Shown here piece after piece: positions 32,083-42,013 of a stretch of DNA of 64,000 nucleotides (the first letter of the stretch is position 1; each line of letters starts with the position of its first letter). The notes under the pieces were generated by a model. That model ran no database searches and was not told the DNA's origin. It saw nothing but the letters and a program-made list of their open reading frames with translations. Made by a program: the position numbers and the translations under genes. Origin of the DNA: Promethearchaeia archaeon. GTDB taxonomy: Archaea; Asgardarchaeota; Lokiarchaeia; Sigyniarchaeales; SOKP01. The stretch covers positions 32,001 through 96,000 of the forward strand of contig JAHQWH010000189.1 of NCBI GenBank assembly GCA_029856105.1, in the 5' to 3' direction.

Positions 32083-32432
32083 AGTTACACCCGGTAATTT
32101 TGTCTTTGTAAAAGTAAGTATTTTAATTATTAATAAATATTTAAGTTTTTAAATAAATATCTTATCTAATTACTTTTTTAAATTTCTCTTCATTAGCTTT
32201 CAAAGTTAATTAGAATTTTCTCCAAAACCTAATTGTGAACCATCTATTTTATTCTTAATTATATCGATTGCTTTTTCGAGCGCAATAACAAGGGAAAACA
32301 TTCCAAAATTAGTAGAAATATTGTTCTCTAATTAATTAGAGTAAAGTTGAAATGTAATATTTAAATTAAAAATAAAAGGAAAAGACTATAATATTAATAA
32401 TAATAATAAAAATTTATTGAAGGTGTTGATAT

Positions 32433-32852
32433 ATCAGTCTAAGACAATACAATACGGAATTAGGATTGCTCATAGATAAGATTGTTAAAGTATATCTAGA
32501 AAAAGACAAATTCTTTGTTGGACAATTAAAAGGCGTTTCGGAAGATAGTAACCTGATTTTAAATAATGTGAAAAATGAAAAAGGTAAAACATTCCCAAAA
32601 ATGTTGATAAGAAGTAGTTACTATCATTTTGTAACGGTAGAAGAGGAGCCGTTCCCAATGCAAGCTTTGGCAAATAGAATTGCTACAATTTTTTCAAAAG
32701 GACATGTGAACTATATTGACGATCAAAATATTATATCCATTTTGAATGGTAAAATCATTGTAGATGAGAACGGAGTGAGAGGGACTGGTCCTTCTGCTGA
32801 TCGCGTAAAGAAGATATACGATCAATTTAATCTTGATTTAGAAAAGGACTAA
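32433..32852 (+). CDS. Lsm/Sm-like RNA-binding protein with C-terminal extension (SmAP3-like)
   Basis: Sm1 (G.L.G.....NLIL.NV) and Sm2 (MLIRS) motifs plus C-terminal domain; frame open to ATC 32433, 7 nt after AGGTG. Confidence 0.75.
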   Translation: MSLRQYNTELGLLIDKIVKVYLEKDKFFVGQLKGVSEDSNLILNNVKNEKGKTFPKMLIRSSYYHFVTVEEEPFPMQALANRIATIFSKGHVNYIDDQNIISILNGKIIVDENGVRGTGPSADRVKKIYDQFNLDLEKD

Positions 32853-32879
32853 TTAATATCCTTATTTTTTTAAATTTTT

Positions 32880-33401
32880 TTAAGTAGATTCTTTTCCTTT
32901 GAACGCGTTTAATAAGTTTTTTAGGTTTAAGTCTTGAATTATATTTTTCAAGATTGCTTTTCCTAATGGGGTAATTTTTATTATATCTAGATCTTCTATT
33001 TTTCTTAAATAATCATTTTCAATTAGGAACTCAACATCAGTTGCCCAGACTTCCTTAAAAATATCTTTTAGATCACTAATCTTTATGTTTTCATCTACTT
33101 CCTTGCTGAGGGCAAGTATCAAAGCCAAAGTACCATATTGAGAAGGTGTAATGCTGTCATCTTTACCCTCAGAGGTTAAAACGTAGAACTTTTGATCTAA
33201 AAAATTAGATTTTATAAATTCAAAACCAATTTTCTTTAAATTTAAATAAACTGTGCTTATAATTTGTTCAAAATCGAAATTTATACTTAAATTCTGGAGA
33301 TCTTCTTCTCTAATCATTTTTTGGGGGCTTGTTAAAATAATTTTAGTAATATTTTTTACTGCTTCTTCAAAATTTGTAATTTCCATATTTTTTCTTATCA
33401 A
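32880..33401 (-). CDS. Hypothetical protein, tandem winged-helix-like (KITE/ScpB-like?)
   Basis: 173 aa; C-terminal L..LIE..YL......KITPLGK wHTH-type pattern. Confidence 0.5.
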   Translation of the reverse strand: MIRKNMEITNFEEAVKNITKIILTSPQKMIREEDLQNLSINFDFEQIISTVYLNLKKIGFEFIKSNFLDQKFYVLTSEGKDDSITPSQYGTLALILALSKEVDENIKISDLKDIFKEVWATDVEFLIENDYLRKIEDLDIIKITPLGKAILKNIIQDLNLKNLLNAFKGKEST

Positions 33402-35047
33402 CTCTCTTCAACTTTTAAAACTTTTAAATTCTCAATTTCTTTTTTTAATTCTAAATTTGACATAAGAAAGATTAGTTTAAAATTAGTTAGATTATCATTA
33501 TTTTCTAATATTGGTAATATTTTTCTAATAGTTCTGTAAATGGAACCACCTTTATTATAAACATTAGGAATGAATAAATTTGAAAACAAGATATTTTCAG
33601 ATTTCATAAGGATTTTGATAGAGATGAAAAAAGCAATTATGAAATAAATTTTTTCGGGAGTTGTTAATCCTTCAAAATTGACTTTCTCTTTGTAATTTCG
33701 TTTAAATTTTGTTTGGATAAGAAAAGCCATGTTATCGTTGCTAACTACGAGCTGATATATAATTTCTAGATGAATTTCTTTTAAGAAGCTATTCAATAAA
33801 ATTTCAAGATCGTTAATAATAATCTCAAAATTCTTAAAATTTTCAAAGCTTTTAGCAACTTCTTTTTCATTAGTAGAAATAATGATTTTATCACTACCAA
33901 TTTTCAAAATATTATCAAACTCTCTCAATTTTTCAATTATTAGAGTTAAGTCGCTCAAATTATGAACATTAAATGAATCTTCTGGAATCGAAATTTTATC
34001 TAACTCCGAGGTCGTTTTTCCAATCTCATCTTCAATCTCCACGGATGGTCGTACGGGTTTTAACATTAAATTTTCAGGTTCTTCCTCTGGAGAGTCTGTA
34101 TTTGTTTTTTTGTTTTTTTCGTAATTAGATTTTACTTCCTTTATTCTTTTTTCGTCCTTTTTTATTGTTTCTAAGAGTTCCTCATAATCATTTTTATATA
34201 TTTCATAATGAGGAGTAAGATTTTCTTGTTTCACTTTAGTTTCATTTGTTCTTGATCGAATTTGTTTAATTTCGTATTGAGCTTCTTTCGCTTTTTTCTG
34301 AAGAGCTCGTATCTTTTCGGCGTTAGTAAGATTTACATTAATTCCTAATTTCGCAATTGAGTCGTTGTTTTTTTCATTTAAAGAACCCTCGATTTGTCGC
34401 GTAATTCTATTAATTTGATTAAAGCATTCTTTTTTAGTTTCGTTTAGATCTCGAATCTGTAGATCATAATTTCTTAATTCTTTTTTTATTTGATCGATCT
34501 GGTTTTTTTGCTGAAAGTAATCCTCTTCTAAATAATTCAATTCTTTCCTATTTTTTATTATAGCCTCATTTAATTTTTTAATTAAGTCAATAATTGATGC
34601 TAGATCGCTTGATTTTTTGTAAAGTTTTGATAATTCTAATTCTTCAGATAACTGATTCTTTTTTTGCGTTAAGAAGATATATCTGAAAATTTTCAATAAT
34701 ATTTCAGTAAGCGAGTTAAAGTCAGAAAAAGTTTCTAAATTATATTCCATAATTTTGCGATAGTTAGATAAATAATCCAATATATTTAGAGATTTATCTA
34801 AGTTAGAAAAATTAATGTTTTGGTTTTGAAAAAGATTAATAAATTTTTTAACAGGGATTAACTCTAAATTTTCGATAATTTCTAAGAAATCTTTATTCTT
34901 ATATTGATTTAGAGCATCTTTTTTGAATTTACCAAGAATTAATGTAAATCTATCTTCTATTAATATTTCTTTCGTTCCAACTGAAAGCTTAAAATTATTT
35001 AGACTAATAGGTAAATTCACTCCTGATTCTTTTTTAATCAGATTCAA
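33398..35047 (-). CDS. Degenerate SMC/Rad50-like coiled-coil protein
   Basis: N-terminal LNNFK...FTLILGK with eroded Walker A, long coiled coil, C-terminal LTTPEK..FIIAF where LSGGEK is expected, no Walker B DE. Confidence 0.6.
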   Translation of the reverse strand: MNLIKKESGVNLPISLNNFKLSVGTKEILIEDRFTLILGKFKKDALNQYKNKDFLEIIENLELIPVKKFINLFQNQNINFSNLDKSLNILDYLSNYRKIMEYNLETFSDFNSLTEILLKIFRYIFLTQKKNQLSEELELSKLYKKSSDLASIIDLIKKLNEAIIKNRKELNYLEEDYFQQKNQIDQIKKELRNYDLQIRDLNETKKECFNQINRITRQIEGSLNEKNNDSIAKLGINVNLTNAEKIRALQKKAKEAQYEIKQIRSRTNETKVKQENLTPHYEIYKNDYEELLETIKKDEKRIKEVKSNYEKNKKTNTDSPEEEPENLMLKPVRPSVEIEDEIGKTTSELDKISIPEDSFNVHNLSDLTLIIEKLREFDNILKIGSDKIIISTNEKEVAKSFENFKNFEIIINDLEILLNSFLKEIHLEIIYQLVVSNDNMAFLIQTKFKRNYKEKVNFEGLTTPEKIYFIIAFFISIKILMKSENILFSNLFIPNVYNKGGSIYRTIRKILPILENNDNLTNFKLIFLMSNLELKKEIENLKVLKVEES

Positions 35048-36071
35048 AATGATTTTTGAATTCTTTGTATTCTTTTTCTTTTTTTTTCTTTCTTTCTCTG
35101 ATTAATTCGATAGGGTCTTTATCATTATCTTTTTGATTCAAATAATTTTCCTTAAAATTTTTATCAAATTGCAATTTAAACTTTTGAATTTTCTCTGAAA
35201 CTTCTTCTGAAAGTTCTAATTTCTTTTGATTTCCATTTACGATCACATCAGTTAATTTTTCACGCTTTTTTTTTCGTTCTCTTCTTTCAAATTCTTTATC
35301 TGAGAATTTCAAGTAGTTTGTATAGGTTTCTGTTTGTTCTTCTTGTTTTTTTTTTAATTCTTCAATTTCACGTTTTTCTTTTCTTTTATTTACAAATTTT
35401 TTTTTTGCTAATAATTCTTCTTCCGTTAGTTTATTCTCAACAGTTTGTAAGAAATCTTCATAAGTTAACTCATGATTTAAATAGAATTGTTGTTCAAATT
35501 CTTTAATTAAAGAAGAATCTATACTGTCAGGAAATCTACTTAATTCGTCTTTTAATCTTTTATCTATTAAATTACTATAATATTTTTTTAATTGTTCGAC
35601 AGAACTTAAAAAGAGAGAATTTCGGTTTAGAGCATCTATTAATTCTAACCATTGATTTATTCCAATGGAAGAAATATAAGATGTTTGACTAATAATTTTA
35701 CTAATTTTTCTATTTTCAATTAAATCTAAACCAATAATTCTAGTATTAATTTCATTTAAACTAATTAGCTTTAGATGCTCTTTAAAGTCATTTTTGTATT
35801 TATTAAGAAGTTTGTTTTGTAGGTCTAGAAATCTATTTATGTTATTGTTTGAGATCTTTTCTAAGTTTTGGTAGATATTACTTAGAAAATTTGTTAATTC
35901 GTTTAATTGATTACTAAACGATTCATCGTCGAAATATTGGGATATTAATCGTTTTTCTTCTTCTAATTTCTCAGCGATATTAGTTATTTGGTTAACTTTT
36001 CCTTGAAGATTTTCTATGGGAGATGTATAATCTCTAATTTTTTCGAGGTTAAATAATTGATTTTTCATCAT
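35034..36071 (-). CDS. Hypothetical coiled-coil protein
   Basis: 345 aa, E/K-rich heptads; overlaps the downstream gene. Confidence 0.7.
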   Translation of the reverse strand: MMKNQLFNLEKIRDYTSPIENLQGKVNQITNIAEKLEEEKRLISQYFDDESFSNQLNELTNFLSNIYQNLEKISNNNINRFLDLQNKLLNKYKNDFKEHLKLISLNEINTRIIGLDLIENRKISKIISQTSYISSIGINQWLELIDALNRNSLFLSSVEQLKKYYSNLIDKRLKDELSRFPDSIDSSLIKEFEQQFYLNHELTYEDFLQTVENKLTEEELLAKKKFVNKRKEKREIEELKKKQEEQTETYTNYLKFSDKEFERRERKKKREKLTDVIVNGNQKKLELSEEVSEKIQKFKLQFDKNFKENYLNQKDNDKDPIELIRERKKKKEKEYKEFKNHFESD

Positions 36072-36118
36072 TTTTAGCTAAAAATTATATTTCGAAATTA
36101 GTATCTTCTAATACGTTA

Positions 36119-37237
36119 TTATATCTCTGGAGGACTAAATAATTTTTTATTATTATTTTCAGTTCTTTTCGTTCCTGTATAACTTTTATTCGGATTGCTT
36201 AAAACATCTTGTCTCTCAACATGAATTGCAGTGCCTCCAACTAATTTTAATGAATTGTAAAAATGTTCATAAGTTAAACGTTCTGAATCAATAGCCTTCA
36301 ATAAAGATACTTTCGTACCCCTTTCGATATCTGAGCCAGAATATCCAATAGTTAATTCGAGGAAGCCCTTTGCTTTGCTCTTTTTGTTGAGTTCATCCCA
36401 TAATATATCATCTTTGAACTCAGTGATGGTATAACCTAATTTACTTTCTAAACTTATTGTAATTGCCTTAAGTCTTTCGTATTCGTCATTTAAATTAGCT
36501 AAAATCGATTTATCAACCCCAATTTTTGCATTTTCTACCTTATTAAGGAAAGATTCAATGATCTGCTTTCTTACATGAAAATCGGGGAATTCAAAGCTAA
36601 AATGAAAGGTAAATCGTCTCCAAATAGCTGAATCTAATTGGTTTTGATGATTTGTTGCCCCAAATATAGCTAAAGGTACGCCTTGATAATTTATTCTATC
36701 GATTGCTTGTAAAAATGATATAACCGCGCGTTTAATTTCACCAACTTCGTGAATGTTAGATCTTTCAGAACCAATAGAATCAATTTCATCGAAAAATAAT
36801 ATAAAAGCACCTCTTTCTTTCGCGATTTCAGCTGCTAAATCCACAACATTTCTAATTTGTTTAATTGTATCTCCTAATAATGGTGATACCAATCTATCAG
36901 TTTCTACTACACATATTGGAATTTCATAATGCTTTGCAAATCCTCTCGTAAGGGAAGTTTTACCTGTGCCTGGAGGGCCATATAAAAGAACTGTTAAGCT
37001 GGGATTAAGTTTTGCTCCTTTTAACTGTTCCGTAAATTCATTATATTTTTTTAAAGCTTTGAAAAAATCATGTAATATTTCTTTTTTAACCTCGTTTCCT
37101 AAAATAGCGTCAATATTATCTTGAATGTCGAAAGGAAAATACACTGCTCCATATTTACCCATCCTGTTTTTAATTACCTCGTCGGTATATGTTTTTATTT
37201 CTTCCACTTCTTCATTTGAATTGCTAATTTTTCTCAT
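36119..37237 (-). CDS. AAA+ ATPase (classical AAA clade)
   Basis: GPPGTGKT, FFDEID, ATNH...LD.A..RRF, GYSGSDI. Confidence 0.92.
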   Translation of the reverse strand: MRKISNSNEEVEEIKTYTDEVIKNRMGKYGAVYFPFDIQDNIDAILGNEVKKEILHDFFKALKKYNEFTEQLKGAKLNPSLTVLLYGPPGTGKTSLTRGFAKHYEIPICVVETDRLVSPLLGDTIKQIRNVVDLAAEIAKERGAFILFFDEIDSIGSERSNIHEVGEIKRAVISFLQAIDRINYQGVPLAIFGATNHQNQLDSAIWRRFTFHFSFEFPDFHVRKQIIESFLNKVENAKIGVDKSILANLNDEYERLKAITISLESKLGYTITEFKDDILWDELNKKSKAKGFLELTIGYSGSDIERGTKVSLLKAIDSERLTYEHFYNSLKLVGGTAIHVERQDVLSNPNKSYTGTKRTENNNKKLFSPPEI

Positions 37238-37253
37238 CTCATTTTATTGTAAT

Positions 37254-38570
37254 TTAATTATTTTTTCTTTCTTTATCAAATTTTTCACAATAATCTGCTA
37301 TTTCATTAATAAATTCTTTAAGATTATCAATTTGAGAACCAATAAAGTTAAAAATTTCTTTTCTATATTGAGGGGAATCTCTTATCTTTAGTTTATCTAA
37401 ACCTAAATAATTAGGAAAACATACGAGTTTCATTAAATAAGGTAGAACTTTCTCATTTGTTTGTAAATCTTTGAATATTGGATAAAAAATATTTTGATCA
37501 GATAATTTCCATTTTAAAATTCCCATGTAAATTAGAAAGGCAAAATTCATTGAAATCCAATTTATCAATTCTTTTGATAAAAATCCTCTCCTTTGTGAAG
37601 CTAACGCTAAATAATACAAAATTAAAGTTTCATTGCTCAATTTTGGTAATAATCTTATTTTTTCATCGGATTGTTTATTCTCACGTATGAAATTATTTTC
37701 TAGCATTATATCTACTAAATCTTCTTTTGGTGCAATGAAGATTTCGTCAATAACACGGAGTCCAATGCGCTCGGCAATTTGGTTTATAGCTTCTTCCTCA
37801 GCATTAGCGATTGAATCAATATATGGGTTAAAAACTTCAGTTTTTAATATCATAGGAAGTTCTTGATTACCTCTTTCAGGGAATTCTCCAAAATTTGGAT
37901 CTAAATTGTAAAGAGAAGTTATATTGTTGATTAATTGATAAACTTTTGGAGACATACCAGGAATTTCAAAAAAATCTGATCGTTCTAATTTTTCCCGATA
38001 ATAAGTATGGGGTTGGAGTATATGTCGTTGGCACTCATATAAATCCGAAGAGTATTTTAGTAATTTGTTATAAATAATCATTATATTTCTTCCTCGGGAA
38101 AATAATCTTTCTTCTATGAACTTCGTTAAAACATATAAAAATGTTTTTTCTAAACTTGATTCGTCTGGATTGGTAATATGCCGTAAAACATTCAATGCAC
38201 CAATGGATTCGTACAAAAATTCAATGATATAATCTTTTATATCAATTATTGGAATGGTTTCCCTATACTTCAATATAAAATCTTTAATTATATCATAAAC
38301 ATTTGATCTATACATCGTATAAAATTCTGATAACGCTCTTACTTTTCGGATATTTCTTTTTTCTTCTTCTTGGCGAATTTTATCCAGGATTTCAATATCT
38401 AGTAGTAAGTCAGCGTCTAATTCGATAATTTTTCTCCTTGTTTCTCTAAGAATTGGGCGCATATGACTTATAAAAGTTAAATATCTAGGTAGAATATCAG
38501 TCCACTTCTCCCTTTTTCTACCTGATTTTACCATTCTAGTAGATTTTTTTTTGTAACTCATAGTTTTCAC
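37254..38570 (-). CDS. Hypothetical protein
   Basis: 438-aa ORF within a co-directional cluster. Confidence 0.7.
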   Translation of the reverse strand: MKTMSYKKKSTRMVKSGRKREKWTDILPRYLTFISHMRPILRETRRKIIELDADLLLDIEILDKIRQEEEKRNIRKVRALSEFYTMYRSNVYDIIKDFILKYRETIPIIDIKDYIIEFLYESIGALNVLRHITNPDESSLEKTFLYVLTKFIEERLFSRGRNIMIIYNKLLKYSSDLYECQRHILQPHTYYREKLERSDFFEIPGMSPKVYQLINNITSLYNLDPNFGEFPERGNQELPMILKTEVFNPYIDSIANAEEEAINQIAERIGLRVIDEIFIAPKEDLVDIMLENNFIRENKQSDEKIRLLPKLSNETLILYYLALASQRRGFLSKELINWISMNFAFLIYMGILKWKLSDQNIFYPIFKDLQTNEKVLPYLMKLVCFPNYLGLDKLKIRDSPQYRKEIFNFIGSQIDNLKEFINEIADYCEKFDKERKNN

Positions 38571-38588
38571 TCTTTTTTTTTAACTATA

Positions 38589-39737
38589 TTAACTTTCATC
38601 GTATCCTACTACTATTTCCGTGAATATATTAGCGATCTCCACGAAAATTGGTATTTCTACACGCACCAACTCTCCGAGAATCCACTTGTTTACATCTTTC
38701 AACAAGAAACGTATCTGATTCATTATTTTTTTATTAATTTCTGAGTCTATTATTTTGGTTAACCATAAACCTCCTCCTAACCTATAAGCAATAATTTTTA
38801 TTAATGGTTCAAAAAGAGGGTCTAAGACTTGTCTCATCATCCACGATTTTGGAATAACACTCATATTATCTTCGTTAAAATTAGGATCGTTGAGAATGGG
38901 GTTCGTCTCATCAACAGATAATTTTGGCATAAAGCTTAATAATAGAATTAAAGCAAATATAGCAGAGATGCCGTTTATTGTATAAGAGCCCCCAATCTTC
39001 TTAATATCGTCTCTATTTATTGAAACATTAGCTAAAAACATACAAATAAAAACATTTCTGTCGAAGGCATCAGACACATAAGCATAACCTAATTCCTCAT
39101 CAATTATTAAATATTTTTCTTCAAGGATTTCAATAATATCATCTGGAAATGTGTAAAAAGTGTAAACTTTCTCTTCACTTCTTCTAACATCCTTTTTTAC
39201 AACTAACTCTTTTGAAACCAAACCAAACATTTTAACAAGTTCTTCAAGTTGGTTTTTTATGTAATGACGAGGTTTATTTGGATCACCAAACATAGCATAA
39301 AATTGATGATCTATAATATTAAAATCATTTCTTTTACTAAAGGCTTCTACCATCCTATTTATTATGGGGCCTTGTGTTCCTGAAGCGATTGCTTTCGCTT
39401 TTGATGTTACAAATCCATTTAATAACTCGTTTATAATAAAATCTTGTTCATGACTTCTAGATTTTAATATTTTATCAAAAGCTTCAGAAAAAATTTTTGT
39501 ATTTGGAAAAAATGCGTTTTGAATTTTATCATTTATTGATTTTATAAAAATATCTCCATTATTCTTTGGAAAGTGGAGCTTCATATTATTCAGTCTTTGT
39601 ACTAGAGCCTCTTTTGCCCCTGGAATGTTTTCCGCATCTCTTTTTTCCAATTCATCGATTGCTTTTTCTAACCCTTTATTAAATTGCTGAAGTAATTCTT
39701 TCCAAGTAGGATTTTGAATTTCTGCCATTTTTTTCAC
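38589..39737 (-). CDS. Hypothetical protein
   Basis: 382-aa ORF within a co-directional cluster. Confidence 0.7.
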   Translation of the reverse strand: MKKMAEIQNPTWKELLQQFNKGLEKAIDELEKRDAENIPGAKEALVQRLNNMKLHFPKNNGDIFIKSINDKIQNAFFPNTKIFSEAFDKILKSRSHEQDFIINELLNGFVTSKAKAIASGTQGPIINRMVEAFSKRNDFNIIDHQFYAMFGDPNKPRHYIKNQLEELVKMFGLVSKELVVKKDVRRSEEKVYTFYTFPDDIIEILEEKYLIIDEELGYAYVSDAFDRNVFICMFLANVSINRDDIKKIGGSYTINGISAIFALILLLSFMPKLSVDETNPILNDPNFNEDNMSVIPKSWMMRQVLDPLFEPLIKIIAYRLGGGLWLTKIIDSEINKKIMNQIRFLLKDVNKWILGELVRVEIPIFVEIANIFTEIVVGYDES

Positions 39738-39761
39738 TATAGATTATAATTATTTTAAAAT

Positions 39762-40715
39762 TTACCATTTTAATTCTGCTACAATTTTCTTTAAGGCATC
39801 AATTAATGGATTTAAAAGTTTTTTATCATAAAGGTTCGGAGAACTTACGCCTCTTTGGGCTTTCCAACCCATTTGTGTTCCCCCTCCCATTTCTCTTTTT
39901 CCATATTTTAGAATATTGCTTAGGTCTCGCATCCACCAATAAAATCTTAACCATTTTTTATTTGGATTATCTTTAGAATGAATAACTGCCAAAGCTTTCC
40001 ATTCTCCCATTAACCACTTTACTGTAATACCGCTTACAGGTAAATAATAATTAATAGGAAAATTAGTTTGAAAACTTAAATCGAGATCTTTAGAAATTAT
40101 ATTAAAGATTGGCTGGTTAAACCCTTCTAATATGACAATTTCTCCACAATGTTGACATTCATAATGAGATTTCATTTTTTTCATTTTTTTTTGACATTTT
40201 GGGCATGTCCTGTTTTCAATAATTCTATATTTAATAATGTCTAAGTTTTTTTCTTTTTCTAAGGTTTCTTTTGTTTTAGGTTCTCGCTTTCCGTACTTTC
40301 CTTTCCAAGTCCATATCTCGTCGAAAGAGTCATCAATTTTTTCTAATGCGGAAATAAAGTTTTTCAGAACATCCTTATCATAAATTTTAAACATCCCCGC
40401 ATGTTGATAACTTTTCCACCAAGAAAGTCTTACGTATTTCTCATTCTTTAAGTAAGCACTATGACAAATCAAGACGGCGAATAAACGAGTATCACCCTTA
40501 TTTATCACAATCCCTTTTTCTGCTATTTCATATTGTTTGTTTAAACTTACATTTTTATGAAACCACTCTCCATCTAGAAAAGTTCCTATAGGGGATTCTT
40601 CTTTTATTTTTTCTACATCTATACTTTTTTCCTTAATGATTTTCTTACATTGTGGGCATTGAAAAATTCCCGTAATTAAGGGTTCCATTTCAACATTGCA
40701 TGCAGAACATTTCAT
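39762..40715 (-). CDS. Protein with duplicated zinc-ribbon + PC4-like module
   Basis: CSAC..CPQC and CPKC..CQHC, each followed by a similar domain (YVRLSWWK...IYDK.VL..FISALEKI / WLRFYWW...LYDK.LL..LIDALKKI). Confidence 0.65.
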   Translation of the reverse strand: MKCSACNVEMEPLITGIFQCPQCKKIIKEKSIDVEKIKEESPIGTFLDGEWFHKNVSLNKQYEIAEKGIVINKGDTRLFAVLICHSAYLKNEKYVRLSWWKSYQHAGMFKIYDKDVLKNFISALEKIDDSFDEIWTWKGKYGKREPKTKETLEKEKNLDIIKYRIIENRTCPKCQKKMKKMKSHYECQHCGEIVILEGFNQPIFNIISKDLDLSFQTNFPINYYLPVSGITVKWLMGEWKALAVIHSKDNPNKKWLRFYWWMRDLSNILKYGKREMGGGTQMGWKAQRGVSSPNLYDKKLLNPLIDALKKIVAELKW

Positions 40716-40717
40716 AT

Positions 40718-41818
40718 TTAGTCATCATTACTGGTTATAATATATCTTTCGTAATCTAAATTTAATAATTTTAATTCTTTCTTTGTAAATCTTGTAATCT
40801 TACTATTAATTTTTACCACATCTTCTCTAAGATCAATTAAAGCATTTTGAATATTATTTACAATATTTTCTTCGTTAAAAGAAACTTTCTCGATGAATTC
40901 AAGATAATTGTACTTTTTTCCTTTTCCTGAATAATATAATTTAATTTCTGATAATTCAGTTTCAATTTGTTTCAATTGATATCTATATTTTAATAAAGAT
41001 AATAAATTAGAATTCCAATTTTTAAAGATTGGATTTTCTTTATCAATTCCATCGTAATTAAATTTCTCTGGAAGCTCTACTTTTTCATCTTTAAGAAATT
41101 GGATAATATCTTTATTTTCTTCAATAGCTTTATTTATTTTTCTAAAAACGATTTTATTTTTCAATTTAGGCTCAAAAATTTCAATAAATTCATCAATTTT
41201 GTCCTTAATCTCCAAAAATCTTTGGTAAAACCCTTCGACTGTAATCTCAATTTTAATAGCTTGAAAAATATTTCCATACTGGTCTAAAATATAATAAAGA
41301 TCATCTGATATTTTAAAATCATGATCACCTATTTCAAAAACAAATGGGTGGATAATGTTACCTTTTTCGCATCTAACTCCTTTTAATTTATTTAAAGCCA
41401 GATTAAAATTCCGCTTGGTTAGAAACTTAAATTTTTTATTTATTAGTAAAAATAGTGTATGATCTGGTACTGAAATTGTATTATTTTCTATCGTTACTGT
41501 CTCTTCTCCTAACCGGATTATAAAATCACCGTCTTTTTGTTCAAATTCTCTTATACTTCGTATATTTTTAATTAAACCTAAATCAATCGCAATTTCAATA
41601 AATTCTTTACTCCAAAAGCTTATAATATTATCTTTATATATCTCATCTAATATTAGGACTCTCTCATATGATTTTATGAGTTCTTGATTACTAAAATCCT
41701 TGAATAAATCATTTCTGATGACATATAAAAACAAAATGATATATCTCATATCAATGTCGTCAAGAACTGTCTCTATCAAGTTCTTATCGTGATCCATCGA
41801 CAAACCCGTATGTTCCAT
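40718..41818 (-). CDS. Hypothetical protein (C-terminal coiled coil)
   Basis: 366-aa ORF, first gene of the cluster. Confidence 0.7.
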   Translation of the reverse strand: MEHTGLSMDHDKNLIETVLDDIDMRYIILFLYVIRNDLFKDFSNQELIKSYERVLILDEIYKDNIISFWSKEFIEIAIDLGLIKNIRSIREFEQKDGDFIIRLGEETVTIENNTISVPDHTLFLLINKKFKFLTKRNFNLALNKLKGVRCEKGNIIHPFVFEIGDHDFKISDDLYYILDQYGNIFQAIKIEITVEGFYQRFLEIKDKIDEFIEIFEPKLKNKIVFRKINKAIEENKDIIQFLKDEKVELPEKFNYDGIDKENPIFKNWNSNLLSLLKYRYQLKQIETELSEIKLYYSGKGKKYNYLEFIEKVSFNEENIVNNIQNALIDLREDVVKINSKITRFTKKELKLLNLDYERYIITSNDD

Positions 41819-42013
41819 GCCTAAAATCCACTTGCTATATTTAAAATGAATAATTTATATCAGTTAAAAAGAGTAATTAAATAAATTAAACATCCCTAAA
41901 AAATTTTTCGATTTCCGTCATTCTACGCATTGAAAAAGCTAAAATTTTTTAGTTTTAATCTCTTTTTACTTAATAATTAAGAAACTTAGTATTTATTAAT
42001 CAGATGATTTTTT

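Noticed and set aside
32160-32340. Short minus-strand reading (…FGMFSLVIALEKAIDIIKNKIDGSQLGFGENSN*) upstream of paralog 2
   Set aside because: Possibly a gene remnant, but too short and unrecognisable to call.
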